From: Lama guanicoe
Taxonomy: Eukaryota
Direction of reading: 5' to 3'
Length of the DNA: 64,000 bases
Assembly (NCBI GenBank): GCA_013239625.1
Contig: MU054220.1
Coordinates: 992,848-1,056,847, forward strand
Shown here: positions 49,916-63,927 of the stretch, one piece after another
Numbering within the stretch: the stretch's first letter is position 1
Layout: every line of letters starts with the position of its first letter
Translations under genes and position numbers: made by a program
The notes under the pieces: generated by a model
What the model was told of the DNA's origin: nothing
Database searches by the model: none
What the model saw: only the letters and a program-made list of their open reading frames with translations

Positions 49916-52337
49916 AGAAAGTAGCAGCTTTGAGACACAGTCCCTGAACCTTTTGGAGACCTCTTTAAATATCCGTACAAGGGCAAGGTGAAAATGATTC
50001 TTGTTGCTGTTCACCACTCCAGAGCAAGCTTCATTATGGGCAGAATGAACCATTTGACCTCTGCACTGTCTGCTTCTTGCCCTGTGAAACCAGAGTCATA
50101 TACTTCAGATCATTTCTCCATAGCATTTTAAAAGAATCTGTTCTAAATTTAAAACCAGAAAACCCAAAGAATTTTTGAGGCTTCAAGATAGATGGAAAGA
50201 TTTAGGTTTATAAGAACATTTCCTTTTTTAACAAGCTTATTGAAGTATACATGACATCCACAAAAAAATTGGACATAATGTATACAATTTCTTAAGAATT
50301 GTTCATTTGATGTGAATTATCTGAATAGGCCCTTCCCAAGTGTGACATATATTTCATATTGAGAATTACTTATTAAAAGAAGCAGTCAATTTGAAAGGAG
50401 GATTGTTTCTCAGCACCCAGCAGCGTCATTAAGACCATCTAAGACAGCTAAGGTAAGTGTTTCAGTAGTGCTGATGCTTATCAAAGATTGTTACTTACCA
50501 TATATAGGACTCAGTATTTTCCAGCACTTTTCAGATACAGTGATAGAGGATTTCATCCTCATCCCAGTTCTTGTAAAGACCATTTATAATTGTCATTAAC
50601 CTAATTCGACAACTGAAAAATTTGAAGCTCATAGAAATTAAGCAGATTGTAGGACCCAACTCTCTGATACCACGCTTTTGCCATTAGATGTCTCCTTTGA
50701 TAATGAAGACTAATTGTAAATGAAAACAAAATTTGACTACACTTCACAGACACAAAAGACATAAATACGAATATTAAATGACATAAATCATCAACTATTT
50801 AGTGCAAGCACAAGCATAGAGAATCCTTCCAGGGATCGACTGTTATGGATAGTATGAGTCTCTGTGGATTCCTTGGGAGTGAAATTGGTAATGATTCTTC
50901 CTGAGCTCGTTGCATAGTTAAATGTTTCTCTGTATTGTTACTAAAACTATCAATTCTCCTTATTTCCTAGGTGCACACACAGAGTTTAAAATAAATAAAA
51001 GTATTCTATGCGTCTCAAACACTATGGTGGATGTGTTCTATATGTTATCTCAAGTCATCCTCATAGCAACCTGTGAGGTAGGCACTATTCTCACCTCATA
51101 GGTGAGGAAACAAGGGTGTAAGGTGCCAAAAAAATGTAGCCGGATTTTTTTAAAAAGTGCATGTGGAAGAACTAGGATTCTAATCTGGTTTTGCTAACTC
51201 TCAAACCAATACACTCAACCAGTGGGATATTCTTTTTAGATATTCTTCAGGAGAGTCTGGAGGCCCATATTTTGGAGGATGATGCAGGAAACATTTGGGG
51301 CTGAGAGAGAGGCCAAGATAAAAGGGCTGTTCAGTGAAAGCAGCCCCACAGGTTTCCTCCACATTGGGGAGCTCCAGTATGTAATTGTGTGTTGTGTGCA
51401 TGAGAGAAAGCGGATTAAATTGCTCCACATGGACTTGCCTCTGAAGTAGGAGTAAAGTCATTATAATTAATCATGATCATCTCAAAAACAAAAAGATTAC
51501 TAGTTCAATACCATTTATTGTAACATAGCAAAATGGGTCATGGGTTAAGAATTTGGAGGGAGAATTTAACAAGTATAAATCTGACCTAATCTTGGCTCTG
51601 CCTTTTATTGGCTGCTTGATCTTGGGCAGGATCCTTGACTTCTTTATGCATCTATTTCCTAAGGTTTAAAATAAGCATAGACATGATAGCAGTCACGTCC
51701 TGAGGTTTGTACTGAGGACTGAATACCAAATGTCTGCCAAATCACTTACAGCCCACTAAGGGTTCAGTAAGTTAATATTATCATTGTTATTACAACTACT
51801 AACATCAGCCTGTGAGACTGTTTTCCTCAGCTGCAAAGTAGATGATATAAAACCGACCACATAGGTTGTTATCAGATGAAAAGGGATCATATCTGCAAAA
51901 CATTTGCTATTATACCAGCCATATAGCAATCAATTATTTTAAAATATATAGTATTAGCTATTGTAAAGTTACTGGATTTAGGAAACGTGCATTATGATAC
52001 TTTTAAGTGCCTCTTGTATCCATTCTTTACATTCCCATCACCAGTGCCCTGTTGCTCCTTATTCAACTCTTGTAAGTAGTCTACTACTGGGGTTCTTGTG
52101 CCTGCCTCCCACCCCTCACTGAACCTCAGTCCATTTCATTCAAGTCACACAAAGATCTTTACTAGAATAACATCTAAGATTCCCCCTGCTTCAGATTCCT
52201 TTCATTCCTAGTCATTCTTTCATTCATATTTTCAGTAACCTTTCATGGCTTTCTAGTTCCTAAATATTAAAGCAAAAATTCTGTAGCTTTGCATTTACCG
52301 ATTTTATGCCCAACTTGTACCTCTTTTTAAGAGTTCG

Positions 52338-52428
52338 TGTGTGACTGAAGCATTATGCTGTACACTAGAAATTGACACAACATTGTAAACTGACTATACT
52401 TCAATAAAAATATATATATACACAAAAC
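52338..52428 (+). mobile_element. Severely 5'-truncated L1 3' tail
   Basis: tatgctgtacactagaaattgacacaacattgtaaactgactatacttcaataaaaa, flanked by aagag on both sides. Confidence 0.8.
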
Positions 52429-52780
52429 AAGAGCTGGGTACACTATATGTGCAATGTATAATGTCAAATTAGACTCATTCAACTAGGATGATTGCATGTG
52501 CACAAGTGGTCTCTTGCCTGTGTGTTTACAAAAGTTACTTTTATCTATAATCTTAACAAAGACTGCACATGGGAGGTAATTTGAATAGTCTTTATAATCT
52601 CACAATCTCTTATTTCCAATGTGCAGGCACATACACACACACATAAATCAAAAGAATTCAAAATTCTATGGAATTTTGAAGTGTATTATATAGTATAACA
52701 GGAAGTTCAATAAATTCAAAGTTGCATTCATAAAAATTGTTTTCTTTTCAGGTAATGCAATTAACCATCGCATAAAATAC

Positions 52781-53710
52781 ATGGAGAATAGAAACAACGT
52801 GACAGAGTTTGTTCTACTGGGGTTCACAGAGAATTCAAAGATGCAGAGAATCGTATTTGCTGTATTTTTTGTCATCTATTCCATCACTGTAGTAGGAAAT
52901 GTGCTCATTGTGGTCACCATCAATGCCAGCCCATCATTGGGGTCCCCCATGTACTTTTTCCTGGCTTATCTCTCCTTTATTGATGCCTGCTATTCCTCTG
53001 TCAATACTCCCAAACTGATCATAGATTCACTCCATGAAAAAAAGACCATTCTATTCAATGAATGTATGACCCAAATCTTTGGGGAACATCTCTTTGGAGG
53101 TGCTGAGGGCATCCTGCTTACTGCGATGGCCTATGACCGCTACGTGGCCATCTGCAGACCCCTGCGCTACACAGCCATCATGAATCGGCGGGTGTGCTGG
53201 CTGCTAGTGGGAGTGGCATGGGCGGGAGGCTTTCTTCATGCAACCATACAGATCCTCTTCATTGTTCATTTACCGTTCTGTGGCCCTAACGTCATAGACC
53301 ACTTTATGTGTGATCTGAACCCTTTACTCAATCTTGCCTGCACTGATACCCACACTCTGGGACTCTTTGTTGCTGCCAATAGTGGGTTCATCTGTCTGTT
53401 AAACTTCCTTCTTTTGATGGTCTCCTATGTGGTCATTCTGCACTCTCTAAGAACCCACAGCTTGGAGGCAAGACGCAAGGCCCTCTCTACCTGCATCTCC
53501 CACATCACAGTGGTCGTCTTATTCTTTGTGCCCTGCATATTTGTGTACATGAGACCCACAGCTACTTTATCGATTGACAAAGCAGTTGCTGTGTTCTACA
53601 CAATCATAACTCCCATGTTAAATCCATTAATCTATACCTTGAGAAATGCCCAGATGAAAAATGCCATTGGGAAACTGTGTAGTAGCAAAGCTATTTTAGG
53701 TGATAAATAA
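52781..53710 (+). CDS. OR4C46: Olfactory receptor, OR4C46/OR4C13-like, intact (309 aa)
   Basis: Full OR motifs. [18 protein letters not shown] and NAQMKNAI match remembered human OR4C46. Acceptor tttcttttcag ends at 52751. Confidence 0.93.
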   Translation: MENRNNVTEFVLLGFTENSKMQRIVFAVFFVIYSITVVGNVLIVVTINASPSLGSPMYFFLAYLSFIDACYSSVNTPKLIIDSLHEKKTILFNECMTQIFGEHLFGGAEGILLTAMAYDRYVAICRPLRYTAIMNRRVCWLLVGVAWAGGFLHATIQILFIVHLPFCGPNVIDHFMCDLNPLLNLACTDTHTLGLFVAANSGFICLLNFLLLMVSYVVILHSLRTHSLEARRKALSTCISHITVVVLFFVPCIFVYMRPTATLSIDKAVAVFYTIITPMLNPLIYTLRNAQMKNAIGKLCSSKAILGDK

Positions 53711-54354
53711 ATGTGCCTGCAGCCCAACATTGATTCAACTGAAGCAGTGGTCAAAAGACATTGTGGATAATCTCAGAAAGGAATACTTAAGGGATGAATA
53801 AAAAATTAACTGCAATGAATCTTAGATTGTGTTGTGTCGACTAAAGCAGAAATGGGTGCAAGAAAAGAGAGAAAAACGCCACCCAGGACCACTCTTTCCA
53901 CATTTAGAAAATTGTTTTACTAGCTTCAATCACATATATGGATTTACATGCTACCCTTCTAATCACAAATTAAAGAAAATAATGGAGTTTATTGTTACTG
54001 GGCAGTAATCTCTATAGTAATCCAAGGAGATAAGCACTGTTTTCACTGCCATTTTTCAGATGGGAAAACTGACATAAAGGAGAAGGTATCAAAACAGATG
54101 TATTGGAAAGCCAATAACCAGAAGAGACTGATTTCCCAGATCAGGCTCTGAACTGCTATGAACTTCCCAGCAATGACAATAAAAAGATCAGAAAACTATA
54201 CTAGTTACCATTAACTGAGCTAGGACCTTTGCTGGGCAGTGTATATATTAGTTCATTATCACTAAAAATCTAATGATTTTTCGTTAATAACTGTGCTTAT
54301 TTTCATATATCACAATTGATTGTCCTTGTTATAGTATGTAACTATTTTAGTAGT

Positions 54355-54575
54355 GATTTAGATACAAACTACTATATATAAAATAGATAAACAATAAGGT
54401 CTTACTGTATTGTACAGGGAATTATACTCAATATCTTGTAATAACCCATAATGAAAAAGAATATGAAAATATATATATGAATCACTATGCTGTACATCAG
54501 AAACTAAGACAACATTGTAAATCAACTATACTTCAAGAAAAATTTTTAAAAATAAAAAAATTTTTAAATAAAAAT
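54355..54575 (+). mobile_element. L1 3' UTR fragment (artiodactyl type)
   Basis: gatacaaactactatatataaaatagataaac...cattgtaaatcaactatacttcaa followed by an A-rich tail. Confidence 0.85.
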
Positions 54576-54789
54576 ATGTGGCTCTTTCTACACATAAACA
54601 ATGTTAGGATAAATATATTTATTTTTTCCCTTTGTCTTTAATTAATTAATAGCAAATATTTTTGAGCAAAAGGAAAGTATCAAGCATGTTGACAGTTGCT
54701 GGGGCTTCAGTGGTGAATAGAGAGACCTGGATTCTGCCTTCATAGAGCTTAAGAAAATGAAACACAAGCAAACTGAATTCAGTACATCT

Positions 54790-56540
54790 GAAAGATACAC
54801 CATGACCAAGTGGGATTATGGGATGCAAGATTGATTTAAAATATGCAAATCAATTAATGTGATACACCACACTCACAGAATGAAAGCCAAAACCCCATGA
54901 TTATGTCAATAGATCCAGGAAAAATGCATATGATGAAGTTCAAAAACATTTCATGATTAAAAACTCTCAACAAAATAGATTTAGAAGGAAGTTTCCTTAA
55001 CATAATAAAAGCCACTCATGAATAACCCATGGCTAGCATGATAATCAATGAGAGAAAACTGACAGCTTTTCCTCTAAGATCCAGTACAAAGTAAGGATTC
55101 CCACTCTCTCCTTCTATTCAACATGTTATTAGAAACAGTAGCAAAAGAGACAAGAAAATGTAGTAATGGGCACCCAAATTGGAAAGTCTGCAGGTGATAT
55201 GATTATATATGTAGAAAACCCTTAAAACTCCACAAAAATACTGTTGAAACTAATAAATGAACTCAGTAAAAACATAGAATACATTATCAAAATACAAAAA
55301 TTATTTGCATTTTTACAGCAAATTATACGAAAAGGAAATTAAGAAAACAATCCCATTTATGATAGCATTAAAAAGAATTAAATACCTAGAAAGAAATTCA
55401 ACTGATGAGATAAAAGATCTCTACACTGAAAACTATTAGACATTAACAAAAGAAATTTTAAGTCACAATAAATGGAAAGATATCTATGTTTATGGGTCAG
55501 AATTAATATTTTTAAATTGCCCATATGACCCCAAACCATCTAAGATCCAATGAAATTCATATAAGAATTTCAGAACATTTTTTATAGAATTAGAACACAA
55601 AATCCTAAAATATATATGGAACCACCAAAGACCTTGAATAAGCTGGAGGCATCACATGTCCTGATTTCAAAGCACACTTCAAAGATATAGTAACCAAAAC
55701 AGTGTGGCACTGGCATAAAAACAGACACCTAGAACAGTGGAACAGAATTGAGAGCCCAGAAATAAACCCGTGCATATACAGTCAATTAATATTTGACCAG
55801 GGTGCCAAGACAACTCAATGGGAAAATGACAGTTTCTTCAATAAATAGTGATGGGTAAACTGTACATTCACATGTAAATGAATGACATTTGACCCATATC
55901 TTATACCCATATACAAAAATAAACACAAAATAAAGACTTAAATGTAAAACCTGAAACTGTAAAACTGCTAGAAGAAAACATAGAGAAAAAGCTTATTGGC
56001 ATTTGTCTGTAATGATTCTTGAAAATTACACTAAAAGCCCAAGCAACAAATGTAACAATAAACAAGTGAGACTACTTGCTTATCAAACTAAAAAATCATC
56101 TGCACAGCAAAAGAAGCAACCAAAAAAAGAAAATGCAATCAAAAAATGGAAGCAAATATTTGCAAACTGTGTATAATAATAAAGGGTTAAAATCAAAAAT
56201 ATATAAGAAATTCATACAATTAATTCAGTAGCAAAAAAGTAAATAATTGAATTTTTAAATGGTTAAAGGACATGAATAGATATTTTTTGAAAGAAGACAT
56301 AAAAATAGCCAACAGGCGTGTGAAAAGTTGCTCAGCATCACTAATCATCAGGGAAATGCAAATCAAAACCACGATCAATATCAGCTCATACCTGTTAGGA
56401 TGGCCATGATCAAAAAAAGAGTAAATATTAGTGAGAATGTCTAAAAACTGGAATCCATGTTCACTGTTGGTAAGAATGTAAATTTGTCCAACCATAATGA
56501 AAAAAAGTATGGAGACTCTTCAAACAACTAAAAATATGTG
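54790..56540 (+). mobile_element. Old L1 ORF2 fragment
   Basis: catgaccaagtgggatt, aagctggaggcatcaca..cctgatttcaa, gggaaatgcaaatcaaaaccac. Confidence 0.9.
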
Positions 56541-57499
56541 AAACTTAAACAATGAAGTACAATGTGAGTAAATATCATCCTTTATCAAGGCTACTTAACT
56601 AATGATCATCTCTGGCAACATCTGAACATAAGTCAACAGACACCTATTTGAACATTTTTAAACCAATAACACGAGCTTCACTGACCTAGTTCCTGTCCAA
56701 AATGCCTGTACATATTCATTATTTTTCTTACAACTCTAGATTGAGTCAAAAAAAAAAAAAAACCCAGAGTTTTGTCCCAGGAATGTCTTCCAGGTTCCAC
56801 TTTCTTACCACCACTCTAAAATGTCTTGGGTATCTTCATATCAGATATCTGTCTTGTGGCCTTTCTGCCAGATTGGAGTTTCATTTGTCCTAGGATGCTT
56901 ATCTACTTTCAGATTTTTCCATAGCTTCACCTTCTGTAGACATTCCTGCCCCCATTCTGGTGCCAAAGTTTATCTCCCACAACCCCATCATAAACTCTTT
57001 TGATAAAGACTAGACCCTTCATTCATTTGTAAAGAGTGTTATACTTACTGAACCATGAAAATTTAAAGTTTAAATAACAAGGATGTTTAAATCTGTTGTA
57101 CAATACCACCTACAGGTGATTGTTTATCTCTGTTTATGCATCTCCAGTGAAAGGATTGATGAGATAACAGAACATATCTAACAGTGAAGTTATATGAAAT
57201 TATGGCAAATTAGTTGTACAGAATAATTCAATAAATTAGACTTTTACTTATTTCCAGACTTTACAATAAAAAAAAATTGCAGCTAATTACTACCAACAAA
57301 GAAAGGGAATTCTTAAAGCTGTGAATTATATCTGACATGGAGTCATTTCTCATTTATAGTGCATTTCTAACACGAACTTGAGATTTCGTCAAATCAAGCC
57401 ATCTGTCTGAGCCTCAGTATACTATAAAATGGGTTGTAAGAATTAAGGATAAAAGCTGTATGCCAGTTATCAATTAATTGTTTTTCAGGTGCAAATAAA

Positions 57500-58267
57500 C
57501 CCTTTATTGCCTGCTCCATATTAATGAAAATGGACCCTGTAAGCATTCCTCCCCTGTGCTTTGCCTAACGATGTTAGACTTTGTCAGTAGGGGGCATTGA
57601 AAAGAGGCACCTCTTTCAGCTTTGAATGTGCTTATCTTTTTGTCTTGCTCTGCCTGTGTAGCTTCCAACATTGTGTATGCTGTGGAGGGTGGAGAAGGGA
57701 GACATCTACTGGTGTTTACTGCCACTGAGTTTCACTGACACCTCCATAGACAGTTTCCCATTGAGGTTCAGTGGCACCTTTGCAGGAAGATTCCAGTGAA
57801 TTTCACAGGTCTATCTGCACCAGAGAGGGGTGTTTTCTGCCAGCCTTGCTCCACTGGCACCCAAGAGGGGTTTTTCAGGGCCGCAGTTCCTTTTCATGAG
57901 CCTGAGCCAACCAGCACTCCAGTGGGAGACTCCCATCTTGCCAGTCCCAGAGACCTTTAATGCCTACCAGCCTCTGTCTAGCCACCATGAACCAGCTCTG
58001 GCTCAAGGCAACCCAGTAAACTTCTTCACCCTTCAATGCACACAACCACACCCTATCCAAAAGATTGGAATTCCAGCCTCGGGGAGGATGCCCACATCTA
58101 AATGTGCTCCTCCCAAGAATGCTCATCACTCTGTCCCAGGGCCACCTTTAGAGTGCCCTTGACCCCTTTTTATAGTTAATTTCCCAATATTATTAATAAT
58201 CTTATGTGAAGTTTTTCTGTTCAAATTATTCTGTGGTCTGTCTCCTGGCTGGATCCCGATCTATACA
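57500..58267 (+). mobile_element. Old ERVL-type LTR
   Basis: GC-richer block ending tctcctggctggatcccgatctataca, typical of ERVL LTR 3' ends. The 5' boundary is uncertain. Confidence 0.6.
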
Positions 58268-58559
58268 ATATGGAAAATACCTAATGCAATGCCAGTCTTA
58301 TAGGCATTTCATAAATAGCATCTCTTTTCATTGTACAACCAAGATTTAATGAACAAGAAGATTCACAAAAGAATTTATATTGAAACAGAGTTCAAAGTAA
58401 AAAAAAAAATTAAACTTGTTATTTTCAATAACCAGTAGTAACTAACATATCAATGTTACATAAGACAATTTTAGTATCAATCCAATATTCTAGATTCATA
58501 CTTTTTAGCTTCTGATTTCATATTACCAGGTAATAGATATTTATTTATTAAGAAGTTTT

Positions 58560-58820
58560 AATTTTTTCTTTTTATTGAAGTATAGTCAGTTTACAATGTT
58601 GTGTCAATTTCTGTGTACAGCATAATATGTCAGTCATCCATAAACATACATATATTCCTTTTCATATTCTTTTTTCATTGCAGGGTACTATAAGATATTG
58701 AAAGTATTTCCCTCTGCTACACAGTAGAAACTTGTATATCTATATTATATATAGTAGTTAGCATCTGCAATTCTCAAACTCTCAATTTATCCCTTTCCCC
58801 CAATAACTATGAGTTTGTTT
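58560..58820 (-). mobile_element. L1 3' UTR fragment
   Basis: ttttattgaagtatagtcagtttacaatgttgtgtcaatttct...; imperfect TSD taagaagtttt / taaaaagtttt. Confidence 0.85.
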
Positions 58821-59024
58821 TAAAAAGTTTTTATATTTGATGACAAGATTGTGGGATGGGAGACAGTAAGTCTGGATTCCAGTCCAAGATTTAGATCTGT
58901 GCTTAAGTGGCTACCTGCAAGTATTATTCATTCTCTTGTTAGAATTAACATCTTCACCTATAGATCAAGAGGCTTGGACAAGTTTACCTCCGTTACTTTT
59001 GTCTGTAATGCTCAGTGATTCTGT

Positions 59025-59954
59025 TTAATCACTATCTGAAGTCACTCTCTTCCTCCAGAGTTTCCTTATAGCGTTTTTTACCTCAGCATTTCTGAGGGTA
59101 TAGATTAAAGGATTTAACATAGGGGCCACCTGAGTATAAAAGACAGCAACAGCTTTATCAACGGACAGAATGGTCACTGGGCGCAGATACACAAATATGC
59201 AGGGCACAAAGGATAAGACCACTACTGTGATGTGGGAGACACAGGTGGAGAGGGCTTTGCGCCTCGCCTCCACGCTGTAGCTCTTTAGGGAGTGCAGGAT
59301 GACGACATAGGAGACCAACAAGAGGAGGAAGTTTAACAGGCAGATGAGCCCACTGTTGGCTGCAACAAAGAGACCAAGCGTATGAGTGTCCATGCAGACA
59401 AGTTTCAACAGAGGGTACAAGTCACACATGAAGTGATCTATGACATTGGGGCCACAGAAGGGCAGCCAGACTGTAAAGAGGATCTGAATGGTTGCATGGA
59501 GAAATCCTCCAGTCCAGGCCACTCCCATCAGGAGAACGCACAGCCTGTGGCTCATGATGGTTGTATAGTGCAGAGGTCGGCAGATGGCCACGTAGCGGTC
59601 ATAGGCCATTATCATCAGCAGGATGATCTCAGTAGCACCAAAAATGTGTTCTGCATAGACTTGAGCCATACACCCATTAAAGGAGATAATTTTCTTCTCG
59701 TGAAGGGAGTCCACAATCAGCTTAGGCGCTGAAGAAGAAGAATAAATTGTGTCTATCAAGGAAAGGTGGGTCAGGAAGAAGTACATGGGGGAGTCCAGAG
59801 CCTGGCTGGTGGTAATGGTAACCACGATGAGCAGGTTGCCTGAGAGGGTTACCATGTACAAAACCAGAAACACTGCAAACACTGCTTTTTGCATTTGGGG
59901 GTTCTGTGTAAGACCTATTAAAATGAATTCAGTCACATTCCTTTCCTCCTCCAT
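59025..59954 (-). CDS. OR4C12: Olfactory receptor, OR4C12-like, intact (309 aa)
   Basis: Full OR motifs. [36 protein letters not shown] and VTSD match remembered human OR4C12. Long polypyrimidine tract and acceptor at 59999/59998. Confidence 0.94.
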   Translation of the reverse strand: MEEERNVTEFILIGLTQNPQMQKAVFAVFLVLYMVTLSGNLLIVVTITTSQALDSPMYFFLTHLSLIDTIYSSSSAPKLIVDSLHEKKIISFNGCMAQVYAEHIFGATEIILLMIMAYDRYVAICRPLHYTTIMSHRLCVLLMGVAWTGGFLHATIQILFTVWLPFCGPNVIDHFMCDLYPLLKLVCMDTHTLGLFVAANSGLICLLNFLLLLVSYVVILHSLKSYSVEARRKALSTCVSHITVVVLSFVPCIFVYLRPVTILSVDKAVAVFYTQVAPMLNPLIYTLRNAEVKNAIRKLWRKRVTSDSD

Positions 59955-62900
59955 CTATGTGGTGTGGATGATAAAAACTCCAGGAATGAATGTTTTACCT
60001 TTAAAAAAGAGAGAGAGAGAGAAAAGAAAAAGAGGGAAGAAAGGGGAAAAAAGAACCAAAAAAAATGAAATGCATTAAAACTCTGCTTTTTAAGAGTACT
60101 CTGTTATCTCACGGATGATTCCTTCTTTCCCAAAACTCTCTGAGAATAGGTAACTTAAAGCTTCCATTAGTTGACTTAGTCATTTATTATTCTGCCCTCA
60201 AAACTATTTCTATGAGACATAGGATAACCAGAAGAAAGAATTCAATTTCCTTGGCTATGGTAGTCTGCAAAACTTCACTGACACAGCAATATAATGGAAT
60301 AATTTTGTCATTAGAAGTAATTTGGGAAAAAAAAAGAAGTAATTTGGAGACTAACAAGACTTAAAAACTTATGTACGTGAACTTTAAAAAGCACAAAATA
60401 ATCTGTTTACATGAATTATAATCAGGTAAATATAGATTAAAAGTTAGTGAATGATACTTACTCAGTATTTAAAGATTATAGGTTTTATACATTTTTAAAT
60501 AATATTCAAATTCAAATATTTCACTTATAAAATTTTATATAGGTTTTTTTAATCTATGCTAAAACATATATATAGAAAATTTGGTGAGGAAATAATTTAA
60601 TACACTGAGGACATTTACACCTAAATGTGAGATTATGGTTGATATTTTATTTCCTAATGGTTTTTAGTATTTTCCAAATCTCTATACCTTATATTACTAA
60701 TCTTATGATTGGAAAATAAAAACAATTTCCATGTTTTGTCTTAGAGTCCTGAAGTTGAAATTGAATTTTTTAATTGATTGGCATATATATGGGAAAACAA
60801 ACATATGAAATTGTACATTGGCACATCATGGGACTCCAAGAAATAGTATCTGAATGTAATTGAAGTAGCTGCTCTAACGTACCATGAAGTTGTTATCAGT
60901 TCACCAAATGGACACAGCATGAGGACCTGACTGGGCACCAACTGCTTTGAGAAGATCAGAGTAGAAGGTGAGTCTGCCCTGACTACCCCATGGATCATTT
61001 ATTAATCATGCTAAACCCCATCTTTTGTCTGTCAACCAAGATTATTGATATCTGATCTTAACTTATACCATTGATATTGATAATCAATAAGTCATGTCTG
61101 ATAATCAACCAGATCATTTCAATGCAAAATCTCTTTCCATTTACTTAGTGAGAAATACACATATTACTCAATTAAACTTTAAGATAGTATATAACACTAA
61201 GTTTTGTCATTACTAATTTTCACTTTTGCCTAGACTTCAGATTCCATTATTCTCTTTATCTTTTTTTTTATTCTCTTTATCTTGATGTATTCTTTTTAAA
61301 AAAAAAAAAAAAGATAGTGAAAGATAAAGTGAATTATCCCTGTTACATGTGGACAAGGTATGTAATGAGGCACATGGAAAGGAAACCTCCTCCAGATGAT
61401 CCCACAAAGGCTTCATTGAGAGACTAGCTTTAGAGCTCCAAGCTCCAGGATAATGCTCTCCCTTCTGGATAGCCTAACGCATCAGAGAATCCTTCCAACA
61501 ACAAGAGCACTTGAGAAGGAAGTTGAGTGCACTTCTAATTGCCAACTCTTCTCTAGAGGAGATGGCCCTTGGGAGAACCAACAACCAAATAATATGTTTT
61601 TATAATTTCCTGAAGATCTGTACCAAAGGGTGGATTTCGTGATCAAAATCAGACAGAAAACCCCAAACTTGACTCACTCGTCCTCATTATGCCACTTATT
61701 ACTTGAATTTCTTGCAAACCTTGAAGTAATTAGAATAGATTTTAAAAAGAGTTCTCTTATAGATGTCTTTGATATTCTCTGTTAATTGACAAGCTCAAAA
61801 ACAGGATCATTTTCTTTCTCTGTTCTAGATCTGGTTCATGCTTATTAATACTCAAATCTTCTAATATCCATATTTTTGGAGAAATGAGAAATGGAGTAAA
61901 GTGTTAATCTCACAAAATAATTCTGATCTTCCATAAAAGGGCACTCAGACTGCAACTGAGAGGCAAGAACTTAAGCAGACAAACTTCTTCCCAAGCAGAG
62001 ATACCTTTGTAACTTATTTAAATTCCATACACTCAAACATTATGAAATACAAACTGTTGCTATAAATCTGCTTTTTCTCCGTCTTAATAGAATGCAGGGA
62101 TTAATTTTTATACTATGTAGTTCCTATAATTATCATTAACTTTTGTTGAGTTTTGCTGTGTTCTAGGCACCATACTAAGTACTTTATATGCATTATTTCA
62201 TTTACATCTTCGCAACAATCCTACTAGGTTGGTACACTATTATCTATATTTTAAAGGAAAGGAAAATGTGGTTAGAAGAAGGTAAATGGCTTGCCCAAGT
62301 CATGACAAAAAAAAATAAACAATAGAGGAGCTTGTATTCAAAATCAGGAAGTCTGTCTCTAGCTCTTTATAATACTTCTCCAGTACAGATCCAATTTACT
62401 TCTGGGAATCAGCAATGTCAGAGTTTGGACAAAGCTACCACCTAGGACCGCATGTAATTCGTGGCAGTTATTTTGCGAACCTATGAGGTGTAAAGTCAGA
62501 TTTAATGAATTCAAGGGTCTATTTGACAGACCCAGAATTTTTGTACACTACAATTCTTCCAGCACCCTGAATTATGTCAACTCATATGCTCTTTAAAGAT
62601 GAGGAAACTGAAGCCCAGAGAGGAAGCACAATTAATGAATTAGTAGTAGATAAGAATCCAAGTCTTCTAATGCCCAGCACAGAGATTTTTCCCCCCACAA
62701 CTATATCTTACCTTCCTTAAGCTACATTAAGGTGAGAGTATACAAGGGGAAAATCGCCATACGGTGACAAAGGGAATTAACATTTATATCTTATCTTCAA
62801 CAATTCCTGTTTTGATTCTCTAAGAAAAAGGATCATATTGCTAGGACCACATGCATTGCAGCAGAAATAAAGTCTTGCCTGGTTAGAACAAGATCTAGAA

Positions 62901-63246
62901 AAGCTTGAATATAATCAGAATTTAAAATGCCCATGAGATTAGAGTTTAATATATGTTCCCAACCACAGCAAAGGGTACTTTGTTTCATCGCAAATGCTTT
63001 ATTTTACTATATTCTCCTTTTGGATCTAAATTTGTGAGCTGATGATTTCTTTCAAAATATAGAGTCCAAATGCTTTGTCTTCAATCCCATGCTGACCTAA
63101 AAACAGACTTAGGAATGCATAAATTGTAAACCTCTTCTTCATAAACTATAGCTAAATCCATATACAGTGAGGAGAACAAATGTTTCTGCAAAATATCCTA
63201 AAATATCTAAAGGTAATCTGCCACAAAATATCAGAAAGTAAAGCTT

Positions 63247-63795
63247 TAATGATTTAAATTATAAACCCCTTGGGAGAAAATGGAAATGTAGAAACTGGTT
63301 TATAAATCAGCAATTCTAGTTCACTCACCGTGGTTGCCTCTGTAGTTAAGGAGTATGCCCAGTGTATTCAGGAACAAGAAATAACCATTGCATGTAATGT
63401 CATATCATGTGTATTGCTTAAGTCCCCATTGACTGGACAATTCCATAGGAAGCAGATATGTCAAGATGATGCAAATTTATTCAAATGGATTCAGCAAGCA
63501 TTTTTAAAGTTCCAATGCTTTGGAAATTTAAGTTAAAGGAAAAACAAATGAATGCTATGTTGAATTTGAAACCCCAAATCCTTAGGTATTAATGGGAATC
63601 TTCTGATCTTCAACACCTGCTCTATGGTGTCAGAACAAGAGATATAAATGTTTCTATTACTTAATAAGCCTCTCAATCTGCTCTTGAAACAAGAAAACAG
63701 CTTAGTGAATCTGAGTGTTTAGAGAGGATGCTGAGAACGTCAAAGGATCTGTCTTTCTATCTAGACCTTTGTCCTCCCAGGAGTTAATTATCTCT
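63247..63795 (-). promoter_or_regulatory. Putative promoter region of the OR4C12-like gene
   Basis: TAATGA (63247-63252), CCCTTGGG (63267-63274) and the composite site at 63774-63795, 3.3-3.8 kb upstream of the ATG. Confidence 0.5.
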
Positions 63796-63802
63796 GGGTT
63801 TG

Positions 63803-63927
63803 TTTTCTTTCTTTTTTTTTTTCTTTCTTTCTTTCTTTTTTTTTTTTTTTTTCTTTTTTTCTTTTTTTTTTTCTTTCTTTCTTTCTTTTTTTTTTTCTTT
63901 CTTTCTTTCTTTTTTTTTTTTTTTTTA
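63803..63927. repeat. (TTTC)n / poly-T simple repeat
   Basis: About 125 bp containing only T and C. Confidence 0.95.

Larger units (their letters stand above)
47427..52006 (+). repeat. Diverged tandem duplication of about 2.2 kb (47427-49667 vs 49782-52006)
   Basis: Colinear anchors: aagaatgggtgtttctc (near 47470 / 49827), catctaagacag..aaggtaag (near 48100 / 50436), aaaagagattactagttcaata / aaaagattactagttcaata (near 49151 / 51491), atacttttaa at both right ends. Confidence 0.92.

Noticed and set aside
53344..53452. Identical peptide [36 protein letters not shown] in the 52781 and 38350 genes, taken as recent gene conversion
   Set aside because: The nucleotide sequences differ at many synonymous sites, which fits constraint or an ancient exchange.
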